This document shows, piece by piece, positions 1 through 9,139 of a stretch of DNA of 64,000 nt; within the stretch, counting starts at the first letter, position 1; every line of letters begins with the position of its first letter. The translations under genes were made by a program, and so were the position numbers. Location of the stretch: NCBI GenBank assembly GCA_965198005.1, contig CBDAOI010000004.1, positions 1,024,001-1,088,000 of the forward strand. The letters run 5' to 3'. The notes below the pieces were generated by a model that was not told where the DNA came from, searched no databases, and was given only the letters and a program-made list of their open reading frames with translations. The DNA comes from Spirochaetia bacterium (lineage in GTDB: Bacteria; Spirochaetota; Spirochaetia; SZUA-6; Bin103).

Positions 1-67
1 TGACCAGTCTGATAAAGAACTCTGTCAGGGGGCCACGCCTTTTGGGGGGCACTATGGTTTGATTCAC
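1..67 (-). CDS. N-terminal fragment of a DppC/OppC-like ABC permease (runs off the window edge)
   Basis: GTG at 67 after a G-rich RBS. Reads MNQTIVPPKRRGPLTEFFIRLV, like the N-termini of the permeases at 9140-10054 and 26262-26689, and follows the DppB-like gene. Confidence 0.6.
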   Translation of the reverse strand, partial: MNQTIVPPKRRGPLTEFFIRLV

Positions 68-84
68 GTTCCCGATTCCCCCCT

Positions 85-1068
85 CTATTTATACCGCACC
101 CTGCTGTCAAGCCAGGCGTAGGAGATGTCGATCATCAGGATGCTAAGCATGACTATGGTGGCGAAAAACAGGTTTACTCCCGAGACTAGCGGGTAGTCTC
201 TGTGTTCGAGGGCATCCAGCAGGAGACGCCCCAGCCCCGGCAGGTTGAATATATTCTCTATGATAACGGAGCCGCCTACCAGCAAGGGCAACATCCCACC
301 TGCCGCGGTAACCAGCGGGATGAGTGTATTCTTCACGGCGTGTCTCATAACAACTACCCTTTCATTGAGACCTTTGGACCAGGCCGTCCTGACATAGTCC
401 TGCCTGAGCACCTCCAGCATCACGGTGCGCGTCAACCGCATTATCCCTGCGGACATGCCCGTCCCGAGAATCAGGCTGGGAATGAGGAACATCCCGAGAT
501 TCCCCAGCGGGTCTTCCATGAAGGGAATCAGCTCCATCGACGGCGACCAGCCCCACCAGATTGCCGGGTAGATCATGACCATCAGGGCCAGCCAGAAGTT
601 AGGAACTGACATGCCGATGATGGCCAGGGTGCGCCCCGCGTAGTCGGCGCCCGTATTCTGGCGAATCGCCGAGTAGATACCGACTGGCAGCGCTATCAAG
701 AGCCCGATTACGATTGCCATGAGGCCAAGCTCAATGGTTACTGGCAATTTCATCAATATCTGGTCCTCTATCGCCAAGCCGCCCCACAGTGATGTGCCAA
801 GGGTGCCGTGCAGAAAAATACCTCCTAGCCAGCGTCCATACTGCACGTGGACAGGCACGTCTATTCCCAGAAAATGCTCAATAGCTTCACGTCTATCCTG
901 AATCGCCTCATACTGCTCAAAATCAAACGACCCCAAGTATTCCAAGTCACGCAACAGCAAGTCTATGACATTGCCGGGGATGAAGCGGACCGCGAGAAAG
1001 ACCAGGATGGTCAATATGAACAAGGTGGGGATTATCAGCAATAACCGCCTCATGATATAGGCTCTCAT
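85..1068 (-). CDS. Peptide/nickel ABC transporter permease (DppB/OppB-like)
   Basis: MRAYIMRRLL start, EAA-loop region QDYVRTAWSKGL, IIENIFNLPGLG, C-terminal LDSRVRY. Confidence 0.92.
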   Translation of the reverse strand: MRAYIMRRLLLIIPTLFILTILVFLAVRFIPGNVIDLLLRDLEYLGSFDFEQYEAIQDRREAIEHFLGIDVPVHVQYGRWLGGIFLHGTLGTSLWGGLAIEDQILMKLPVTIELGLMAIVIGLLIALPVGIYSAIRQNTGADYAGRTLAIIGMSVPNFWLALMVMIYPAIWWGWSPSMELIPFMEDPLGNLGMFLIPSLILGTGMSAGIMRLTRTVMLEVLRQDYVRTAWSKGLNERVVVMRHAVKNTLIPLVTAAGGMLPLLVGGSVIIENIFNLPGLGRLLLDALEHRDYPLVSGVNLFFATIVMLSILMIDISYAWLDSRVRYK

Positions 1069-1109
1069 GTGACCCCCTTATCGTTCCGGAAAACCGCGTA
1101 ACGCGCCAG

Positions 1110-1141
1110 ACCCTGAGTCCCGACTCGTCGGGACTCAGGGT
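1110..1141. repeat. Perfect 15-bp inverted repeat (REP-like or intercistronic stem-loop)
   Basis: ACCCTGAGTCCCGAC-TC-GTCGGGACTCAGGGT between the binding-protein and permease genes. Confidence 0.8.
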
Positions 1142-1259
1142 GACATTCAACCAGCCTGGCTACACCAAGCTCCTGCTAAATCACCGCCTCGGCAGTATGG
1201 GCTCGCTACCGCGGCGTGACCAGAATCAGTCATACTACGATGCGACCAAACAGCCAATG

Positions 1260-3068
1260 CTAACGACCCATTGCTGCCTTCATCTCTTGGTCTATCCAGA
1301 TGCGGGCGTAGACACCGATTTGATAAGAGTCTTCACCGTTGAAACCTATGATCCACGGCTGGTTCACATTGGCATTCAGGGCCATAGGACCCCATATAGT
1401 CCAGTGCTGCTCTATCCCGTACATATCTGCCTCTCTGGTCAGCTTCCTCACCTCCTCATAGGTAGTAGCGGCATTCAAGCGGTCAATCATGGCGTCATAA
1501 ACCGGATCCTGGACGTTAGACGGGTTTCTGCTGGTCGAGTAGTGATTCTGCTTTACCGCGTTGCGATTCCCCTGGAATCCAGCATGATCCCTGATCATAC
1601 CTTCATAAGTATGGTCGCGTTTCATAATTGCAAATTCTTCATATGTTGTCGTTCCCGCAGCTTCTACATCAACGCCAATAGCCTTCCAGTATTCGATGGC
1701 GATTAGCATATAGTCAGTCATTTTTATGTTATTGTTCAATCTGGTCTTCAATCTAATGCCGTCGGCGCCGCGCGGATACCCAGCCGCATCGAGCAACGCT
1801 TCTGCCCCTGCCGCGTCATAGGTGAAGTATCCCTTGATCTCGTCCGGCCACTGCTCAAATGGGACCATATAGCCTATTGCATTAGCCCCAGTCATCCCCT
1901 GAGGTGTCGCATCTGCGTAACCCTTGAAGTAGGTAGCGACAATTGTCGGAATGTCTAGTGCCATCTGCATTGCCCTGCGCACACTGATGTCGTCAAAGGG
2001 CGGCTTTTGCGTGTTTACAGCAAGAGCGAAGTTACTGCGACTCGCGGCCGGCCACACCACGACTTCGGGGTTGGTCTTCTGGAGGTCCTCTGCCACCTCC
2101 ATAGTCCACTTATCCCAAGAGCTGAACCCGACATCAATCATATCGATCTTACCCGTCCGCATCGCCGCCATACGTGTTTCCGGTTCTCCGATAAACAGGA
2201 CCTTTAACTCGTCAACATAGGGCAGGCGGTTCTCCGGGTACTTTTCGTCGTAGCCCCAGTAGTCAGCATGCCTGACATAGGTCAGAGAAGTGCCTCTGGA
2301 CCAGTCAGTCCACATGAAGGGCCCGGTGCCGATGTGACTCTCCTGCTCCTGAAGATCGTCGAATTCCTTGAGCACCTCGGGGGCGAGTGGATGGAGGTAA
2401 GGATTGGGATGGGTCTTGAGGAGAGCGACCAGCATTCCGAGCTCTGGCTCGTTTACGTTGACAACAAACGTATATTTGTCGGGGGCGGTTATCGATTCCA
2501 ATTGTTTCATGAAACCAGTGTTTTGCGACACGAACGGGGTTGGCCCATCCTCCGTAAATTCGCCCAGTCCCAAATAACGTTGCCAGCCAAACAGGATATC
2601 GTCGGCAGTCACCTCCCGACCGTTCACCGGTGGCTTATCCTGGAAGCGAACACCCTTGCGGATGTTGAAAGTATAGGTGAGGCCGTCCGTGGAAATCTCC
2701 CAGCTTTCAGCCAGAGCCCCTGCAAATTGATCTGCGGCCGGCTCGACAAAGCTATAGCTCAATACGTCCCTATCTATCGCCCAGTCGCCCTGGCCCAAGT
2801 CCTGGTTTATCGGTCTAAGAAGGCGGTACGCACCGGTTTCGGACCACGGGTCAGCATGCTCACGGTCCCACGGGAGGATGGCGGCCAGGTTCAATGTCCC
2901 GCCATACTCTGGCGCGGTCACCATCTTGCCGGTGGCCGGGTCGAGCACCATTTCCTTGTCGGCGGTGGACGCCGGCGCCTCTTCTGCGCCAGCAGCCCAG
3001 AGACCGGTGGCGGTCAGGACCAGGACCAACGCAACCGCGAAGGTCTTGGTGATTATTACAATATTCAT
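1260..3068 (-). CDS. ABC transporter substrate-binding protein, family 5
   Basis: Signal peptide ending WAAGAEE; motifs LAESWEIS, TFNIRKGVRF, IGTGPF, PPFDDISVRRAMQMALD. Start placed at ATG 3068 behind GGAG. Confidence 0.92.
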   Translation of the reverse strand: MNIVIITKTFAVALVLVLTATGLWAAGAEEAPASTADKEMVLDPATGKMVTAPEYGGTLNLAAILPWDREHADPWSETGAYRLLRPINQDLGQGDWAIDRDVLSYSFVEPAADQFAGALAESWEISTDGLTYTFNIRKGVRFQDKPPVNGREVTADDILFGWQRYLGLGEFTEDGPTPFVSQNTGFMKQLESITAPDKYTFVVNVNEPELGMLVALLKTHPNPYLHPLAPEVLKEFDDLQEQESHIGTGPFMWTDWSRGTSLTYVRHADYWGYDEKYPENRLPYVDELKVLFIGEPETRMAAMRTGKIDMIDVGFSSWDKWTMEVAEDLQKTNPEVVVWPAASRSNFALAVNTQKPPFDDISVRRAMQMALDIPTIVATYFKGYADATPQGMTGANAIGYMVPFEQWPDEIKGYFTYDAAGAEALLDAAGYPRGADGIRLKTRLNNNIKMTDYMLIAIEYWKAIGVDVEAAGTTTYEEFAIMKRDHTYEGMIRDHAGFQGNRNAVKQNHYSTSRNPSNVQDPVYDAMIDRLNAATTYEEVRKLTREADMYGIEQHWTIWGPMALNANVNQPWIIGFNGEDSYQIGVYARIWIDQEMKAAMGR

Positions 3069-3337
3069 ACGTATCTCCGTATGTAGATTCTTGAGAGTAT
3101 TGCGGAGCGACTTGCGCTCCCTGGCTACTCGGGCCCGCAACGCGGGCCGCCAGTCCGAGTCATATTCTCAGAAGCGCGCGGCGTGTGACTCACCGGGTTC
3201 GCCCGGGCTCACGCCGCGCGCGCGTAAGGTTCTTTGAGTATCATTTTGCACCGCCTTTCTTAACTTTCTTGGCCACGGGGTGCGCTGCCAGATGCCTGAC
3301 AGAAGCTGTCTGTCTCGGGCCGGTACGCGCAGCGCCT

Positions 3338-5354
3338 GTGCGCCCCATTATGCAAGCACCGGCCGCTCGGCGGACGTGGGTAGCTGCATCACAACCCGAC
3401 AGTGGGTGGTGTGCCACCATCGGATGGTGGTCGGCGAAGCAGCGGATCCGAATGGCCGGCAACGCCGGAGGGGGGTAGGACGCGCCGGTTGCGTTGCCGC
3501 TAACCGGTGGCAGCGCTGAGTAGTGTTTTCAGCCATCTTTTGCATCCGTTCAAACCTGAGACTCTTAGTATGCCACGCCTGCGGCAACCAATCAACAGGA
3601 AAAACTGGCGAATTGAAGGTTTTTTGAGATTTCTTTCGGGCAGCCGCGGCAGCCGAGAGCCCCTCGCGGCGCCGACTCGGGCGCATCGCTCCTCCGGAGC
3701 CGTCATTCGCCGGCGACGTGGCCGTCCGCAGGCCGCTCACCGTCCACGTCGGCTTCACAGCGGCCCGCTGAGGGCCTTCCAGCCCCTCGGGGGTAAGCCT
3801 GGGGTACGAGCGCCAGGCTTACTGGCATATGACAGAGGGTGAAAGTCCCTCGGAACGAAGGAGCAGCCAATCCACGTTTCTCCGCGAGCCGTGCGTTGGC
3901 ACCTGCGAGGGTGCAGGCGAAGCGTCGGCAGCGGTGCGTGCGGGCAGAGTTATGGAGCGCCGCAAAATACGACATCCGGAGTGCCGAGATTCTGTACTCG
4001 GTCGAAGGCAACACCGGTCGAGCCAGTATGGTGAGGACCGACCGGGCTCCACGGCGTCGAAGAACTCAGGCACGTACGTACGTCATATACCGGGACCTGG
4101 GAGGTCTTCGGGTCGTCCCGGCGGGTCGTCGCCGGGACCGCGGAGGAAAGGCGTGAGGCTGGACCGAAGATGAACGACCCGAAGAAGTCGGACATGGGCA
4201 TAGTAGCGGCGAAGCCGGCGAACAAGGGAGCGCAAGCGACTGCGGAGACGGTGGAGCGAAGGCCCATGACCAACGGGAATTCGCAAGGTCAAAGCACGGG
4301 CCGGACGCAGAGTCGGGCAACCGTGACACAGGCGGCCGAGCGGATACGGCAATTCGTAAAGAGAGAACCGCAGGAGAAACTCACTGCGCTGCTGCACCAC
4401 GTGACGCCGGAAGCGCTGCGGGTGGCCTATTACGCGCTGAAGCGCGAAGCGGCCCCGGGGGTGGACGGGATGACGTGGCGGGAGTACGAGACGGGGTTGG
4501 AAGTGCGCTTGCACGACCTGCACCGGAGAGTACACACAGGAGCGTACCGAGCGACCCCGGTACGGCGGGTCAACATCGACAAGCCGGACGGAGGCACACG
4601 ACCGCTGGGGGTGGCCGCGCTGGAGGACAAGATCGTCCAGAAGGCCGTGGTGGATGTGATCCTGACACCGATCTATGAGGAGGAATTTCTCGGGATCAGC
4701 TATGGGTTTCGACCGGGGCGAGGGGCACACGATGCGTTGGACGCACTGGCCTACGCCATCGAACGGCGCAAAGTGAACTGGATATTGGACGCGGACATTC
4801 GCGCCTACTTCGACACGATCTCGCGGGACTGGTTGATCAGATTCCTGGAGCATCGGATTGGAGATCGGCGGGTGCTGCGGCTGATAAAGAAGTGGCTGCG
4901 CGCTGGGGTACTGGAAGAAGGCCGACAGATCGACGCGGGGCGGGGTACAGCGCAAGGGTCGGTGATTTCACCGATGCTCGCGAATATATACTTGCACTAC
5001 GTGTTGGACCTGTGGGTCACCAAGAAGTGGCGGCCGCAGGAGGCGCGCGGAGACATGATCATAGTGCGCTACGCAGATGACTATGTCGCCGGGTTCGAGC
5101 ATCGTGACGATGCGGAACGCTTCCTGCGGGAACTGAAGGAGCGATTCAGAGGCTTCGAGCTGGAACTGAACGCCGACAAGACCCGACTCCTCGAGTTTGG
5201 ACGGTATGCCGAAAGGAACCGCCGAGCACGTGGGGAAGGGCGACCGGAGACGTTCGACTTTCTGGGCTTCACGCATTATTGCAGGAAGGACAGGAAAGGA
5301 CGCTTCGGGCTGGGGCGGAAGCCAATTCGGAAGCGGATGAATCGTACCCTGAAG
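3338..5354 (+). mobile_element. Group II intron (bacterial class E-like), 3'-truncated
   Basis: 5' GTGCG at 3338 followed by domain-I-like motifs (GGCGGACGTGGG; GGTGGTCGGCGAAGCAGCGGATCCGAAT; CTGGCATATGAC..GGTGAAAGTCC; GAGCCGTGCG..GCGAAGCGTCGG) and then an RT ORF. No domain V/VI was found downstream. The class call rests on recalled similarity. Confidence 0.8.
3521..3765. mobile_element. Probable 245-bp non-coding insertion in intron domain I
   Basis: Flanked by the direct repeat CGCTGAG (3514-3520 and 3766-3772); the left half is AT-rich. Confidence 0.45.
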
Positions 5355-5378
5355 GTAACTACTCAGGAGGACCTGTGA
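4170..5378 (+). pseudogene. ltrA: Group II intron reverse transcriptase/maturase, C-terminally truncated
   Basis: RT motifs APGVDG, RPLGV..LEDKIVQ, SYGFRPGR, DADIRAYFD, QGSVISPMLANIYL, RYADD, FDFLGF. The ORF breaks in domain X at 5354, where an IS66-type end starts. Confidence 0.92.
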
Positions 5379-5590
5379 CAGGTCCGAAGGTGGTTCGGTA
5401 TTCTACCTGTCTGCGCGCGCTCACAATTGTGCATCCAGGCTGAGCTGGTCTGACTGGTACTTTGAGGGGGAGTGGTCGGTCAGGAAGTGTCGGGGGTCGG
5501 TACGAACGGCTGACCGTTGAAGACGCGGGTCAAGGCGTCGAAGGCGCCGACCGCGTTCTTGCGGGCGGTCGAGATGTAGGAGCGGATCCG
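5355..5590 (-). mobile_element. IS66-family remnant (transposase C-terminus plus right end)
   Basis: Minus strand encodes RIRSYISTARKNAVGAFDALTRVFNGQPFVP* and ends in CTGAGTAGTTAC (GTAA terminus) exactly at the RT breakpoint. Confidence 0.75.
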
Positions 5591-5646
5591 GTCAAGGTGA
5601 GGTGGTCCTGGAAAATTGGACAGGAGGTTAAGGTGTATTCGAGGCC

Positions 5647-5949
5647 ATGAGGAGGGCCAAGGAGATGGCGACGACACGACGTCGATTCACAGCGGAGTTC
5701 AAGGCACGGGTAGTGGTGGAAGCGTTGCGCGGTGACCGCACGATGCAGGAGATCGGGGCCAAGCACCACGTCCATCCGAACCAGGTGAGCGGCTGGAAAC
5801 GGCAAGCACAGGAGGGTCTGCGGGAACTGTTCGCGGACGGCGTCAGCCGCCGGCAGGCGGATCACGAGGCGACCATCCACGAGTTGCACGCGAAGATCGG
5901 CGAGTTGACGGTGGAGCGGGATTTTTTAGCACGCGGGCTCAAGCTCTGA
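5647..5949 (+). CDS. IS3 transposase OrfA (HTH)
   Basis: RRRFTAEFKARVVVEAL...VHPNQVSGWK...ERDFL; T6 slippery run at 5922-5927. Confidence 0.9.
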   Translation: MRRAKEMATTRRRFTAEFKARVVVEALRGDRTMQEIGAKHHVHPNQVSGWKRQAQEGLRELFADGVSRRQADHEATIHELHAKIGELTVERDFLARGLKL

Positions 5950-5969
5950 GACGGGACGAACGACGGAAG

Positions 5970-6803
5970 ATGATTGAACGTGACTACGAGAACTTGAGCT
6001 TGAGCCGGCAGTGCACCCTGCTTGGACTGAGCCGCTCGGCGTTGTACTACACGCCGGTCGGCGAGAGCGCGGCGAACTTGGCGCTGATGCGGCGCATCGA
6101 TGAGTTGTACCTGCAGTACCCGTTCTACGGCGCTCGGCAGATGGTACGCCATCTGGCGCGTGAGGGGGTGACCGTCGGTCGGCACCGGGTGCGGCGGCTG
6201 ATGCGGCTGCTGGGCTTGGAGGCGATCTACCGCAAGCCGCGGCTCAGCGTCGCGAACCCGGAGCATCGGGTGTATCCCTATCTGCTGCGGGGGCTGACGA
6301 TCGACCGCGCGAATCAGGTGTGGTGCGCGGATATCACCTACATCCCGGTGCAGGGCGGGTTCCTGTACTTGGTGGCGATCATGGACTGGGCCAGCCGGCG
6401 GGTGCTGGCGTGGCGGCTGTCCAACACGTTGGACACCCGGTTCTGCGTCGAGGCACTGGAGGAAGCGCTGGAGATGTACGGCAACCCGGAGATCTTCAAC
6501 ACCGATCAGGGGAGCCAGTTCACCAGCATCGCGTTCACGGAGCTGCTGGTGGCGGCGGGGATACGCTGTTCGATGGACGGTCGCGGTCGTTGCCTGGACA
6601 ATGTGTTCATCGAGCGGCTGTGGCGGTCCCTGAAGTACGAAGCGGTCTACCTGCACGAGTTGGCGGACGGCTTCGTGGCGCAGCGGGTGATCGACGAGTG
6701 GATCGAGTTCTACAACGAGGTACGACCGCACTCGGCACTCGGTGGCCGGACGCCGTCCGAGGCCTACCGGGGCGTCGCGGCGCCCGGACGGGAGGTGGCG
6801 TAA
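5970..6803 (+). CDS. IS3 transposase OrfB (DDE core), probably fused to OrfA by -1 frameshift
   Basis: WCADITY, FNTDQGSQF, DNVFIERLWRSLKYE; the -1 frame is open from the T6 run. Confidence 0.93.
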   Translation: MIERDYENLSLSRQCTLLGLSRSALYYTPVGESAANLALMRRIDELYLQYPFYGARQMVRHLAREGVTVGRHRVRRLMRLLGLEAIYRKPRLSVANPEHRVYPYLLRGLTIDRANQVWCADITYIPVQGGFLYLVAIMDWASRRVLAWRLSNTLDTRFCVEALEEALEMYGNPEIFNTDQGSQFTSIAFTELLVAAGIRCSMDGRGRCLDNVFIERLWRSLKYEAVYLHELADGFVAQRVIDEWIEFYNEVRPHSALGGRTPSEAYRGVAAPGREVA

Positions 6804-6967
6804 CGGACATGGGGAGCAGGTGGCAATTGCGGGTTCCGAGGTCAGAGGGCGAGCGGGTGTGCGATCCGGTGCGGGGAGTTATCCACAATATGCACAGGAT
6901 CGCGCTCCCCCTCCCCCGGACCCCCACCCCCTGTTACCGCCACCTGTTTTTGACAGGGAGGGGTGGG

Positions 6968-6996
6968 TTGACAGACAACGGAATACACCTTAACTT
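6968..6996 (+). promoter_or_regulatory. Outward-facing sigma70-type promoter in the IS3 right end
   Basis: TTGACA (6968-6973), 17 bp, TAACTT (6991-6996). Confidence 0.5.
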
Positions 6997-7035
6997 ACCC
7001 CCCGGGCTGTCCAACCAACCGGGACCACCTCAAGG

Positions 7036-7771
7036 GGCCGATGAGTCTATGCGTAGGGTCCTATTTGCCATTCACAGTTGGCTGTTACATGAACGGACAC
7101 TCCTACATCGAACGGCGGTTGCTGAGCGCCGGAATCCGCTTCCGCAAGGACGCCAATGCGATCGTGAACTGTGCCGAGCCAGAGGTGTTGTGCCAGATCG
7201 CTGATGCGCTGGACGAGCGCACCCTGCGCGAGCGCGCCGACTACTGGGCGTTTCGGCTGGCACCGAGCTTCAGTGGTCGCGAGCGTGCACTGTGCCGACT
7301 CCAGTACCAGTGGTCGGTGGCTTAGATCGAGTTCGCTCGCGACGTGATCTTTCATCGTCGTGCTCGGCTACGCAGTCTCGCCGCCACCACCGACCGCTAC
7401 CTCACGCAGCAAGCCGAGCTGCTCGATTCTACGGTGGACACCGGGGCACTCGCGAAACTGGCCCAGCCAATGATCGCCGGACGACGCCGTACCCCTGGCA
7501 TCAAGCTCCATGACGACCGCGTAATCCGATTGCTCGACGCGCTGCTCAACACCGGCGGCCTACTGGGAGACTGCACGAGCGGCGAGCTGCACTCACGCGT
7601 ACTGGCACGCCATCGTCCGACAGAACGCGACTATGCGCTGAACCAACTTCGCTACGACCTTGGCAAGGTCCGAGCCCACAGGTTGGCTGAGCGTCTCGGC
7701 TCCAGTCGGCGGTATCGGCTCACGGCTACGGGCGTTCGGATCAGTGCGCTCCTCGTCAAAGCCCGCGATCC
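7036..7771 (+). pseudogene. Relic of an uncharacterised mobile-element-type protein with C-terminal winged helix
   Basis: GPMSLCVGSYLPF..YMNGHSYIE..GIRFRKDANA; in-frame TAG at 7323; then GIKLHDDRVIRLL..YALNQLRYDLGKVRAHRLAERLGSSRRYRLT. Removing the IS3 restores DPVKGPM from about 5585. Confidence 0.65.
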
Positions 7772-7933
7772 ATCCATCGGCGCCGCCGAATCACTGCCGA
7801 TACCGAGTTGCGTCTCGCGAAGTTCTTCGGTACCACGCCGCGATTCTGGATTGCGCTGCAGGACGACTACGATCTGGAGGAACAGCGGAACAACATCGCT
7901 GAGGAGCTCGAGATGATTCAATCGGTTGGATAG
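7772..7933 (+). pseudogene. higA: HigA-family antitoxin, C-terminal fragment
   Basis: IHRRRRITADTELRLAKFFGTTPRFWIALQDDYDLEEQR...*; the N-terminus is missing. Confidence 0.75.
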
Positions 7934-8194
7934 CGTCATGCGAATCCGTCGCGGCGCCTTCAACTCGCTGGCTGCCGTGGCGTTCTCGCGGTGCCACGCT
8001 CCCCAAGCCGGTTAGATCCAGCTGCAGGCACAGCACCGCCACGCCCTGCCCAGATCTGCTCCTTTTTTTGGACTGATCCTTGTTGCCGACGTCCAAATAC
8101 TGGGACACTACGCATCCAGCAGGGGCCGGGCGTCGGCAACGTTGTAGATTCTCGGCAGGTAGCCGTGGTTCACGGCCAACTTGCCTCATAGACC

Positions 8195-8223
8195 TTGACC
8201 AGGTAGCTACCAGGAGCTACCTT
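8195..8223 (+). promoter_or_regulatory. Toxin-antitoxin promoter with operator-like palindrome
   Basis: TTGACC, 17 bp, TACCTT. The spacer holds the palindrome GGTAGCTACC and a second AGCTACC. The ATG at 8230 lies about 7 bp downstream (leaderless geometry). Confidence 0.6.
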
Positions 8224-8229
8224 GAGCAT

Positions 8230-8520
8230 ATGCGTGCCGTTGGGTTGAAGGTCCTCAAGAACAAGCTGAGTGAGTACATCCGTCTGGTAGTGGCCGGCGA
8301 GACGGTTCTGGTGACTGATCGGGACCGCGTGGTCGCGGAGCTCATCCCTCCTAGAGAGGGGCGCGCGCTCGCCATTGACGACGCTGAGCTCGCAGACCTC
8401 GTGCGCACCGGTCTCGTGAGCCCGCCCCTTCTGCCCGAACGCGGCCCGCCACCGCGGCGTCCCATCGGGCCGACTGATCGCATCCTCAGGGACCTCGATG
8501 GCGACCGGCAAGATCGCTGA
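8230..8520 (+). CDS. Phd/YefM-family antitoxin
   Basis: MRAVGLKVLKNKLSEYIRLVVAGETVLVTDRDRVVAELIP; directly upstream of a PIN toxin. Confidence 0.88.
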   Translation: MRAVGLKVLKNKLSEYIRLVVAGETVLVTDRDRVVAELIPPREGRALAIDDAELADLVRTGLVSPPLLPERGPPPRRPIGPTDRILRDLDGDRQDR

Positions 8521-8539
8521 GCTGGCCGGCGAGCACTAG

Positions 8540-8929
8540 GTGACCTACCTCGATACGTCTGTCGCCCTTGCCCATTTGCTGGGCGAAGATCGGCACCCGC
8601 CTGATCAACTGTGGCACCGCCAACTGATCGCCAGCAAGCTCCTGGAATACGAGCTTTGGACGCGCATCAACGCGTACCGGCTGGAACATTCTCATGAAGA
8701 TGACCTGCTCGCTTTGATCGCTCGCGTGGCGCTCGTGAAGCTCGAGCCTGCCATCCTGGCGCGAGCCCTGCAGCCTTTCCCCGAGCCTGTGCGCACACTC
8801 GATGCGTTGCATCTGTCGACGATCAGCTATCTGCTCGAGCAAGGTCAGAGCGTCGAGCTCGCCAGCTACGACCAGCGCATGATTGACACCGCCCGTGCCT
8901 TCGGCTGGTCCATCGCCGACTGCGGCTGA
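8540..8929 (+). CDS. vapC: VapC-family PIN-domain toxin
   Basis: YLDTSV N-terminus, VRTLDALHL, LASYDQRM. Confidence 0.9.
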   Translation: MTYLDTSVALAHLLGEDRHPPDQLWHRQLIASKLLEYELWTRINAYRLEHSHEDDLLALIARVALVKLEPAILARALQPFPEPVRTLDALHLSTISYLLEQGQSVELASYDQRMIDTARAFGWSIADCG

Positions 8930-9139
8930 AAGGAGCGACACTCGAGGCCGGTGCAAACACCCCCGAGGACCCCTTATTAAGCGGCCGCATCGAAAGGTCT
9001 CCAGCCATGCAGTAACCTTACTCGTCGAGGTGGACGACAACCACGGGCGCGACCCCCTCCCCTTTCACCCTGCAAGAGCTGACTGGCAAGATCGGCGCAG
9101 CAGCGGGCGAGCTGGGCCGAAGCAAGTATCGTCAAAATG

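Larger units (their letters stand above)
5598..7032 (+). mobile_element. IS3-family insertion sequence, apparently intact (1435 bp)
   Basis: TG...CA ends. IRL TGAGGTGGTCCTGGAAAATTGGACAG matches the reverse complement of IRR, TGAGGTGGTCCCGGTTGGTTGGACAG. 3-bp target duplication AGG (5595-5597 and 7033-7035). Confidence 0.95.

Noticed and set aside
3225-3337. AT-rich segment starting GTAAGGTTC that looks like an IS end upstream of the intron
   Set aside because: No partner repeat or transposase fragment was found in the window.
4170-5378. Possible retron, DGR or defence-type RT system
   Set aside because: The RT has group II intron motifs (RT0, YADD) and sits inside intron RNA motifs; no template/variable repeat pair or retron ncRNA was seen.
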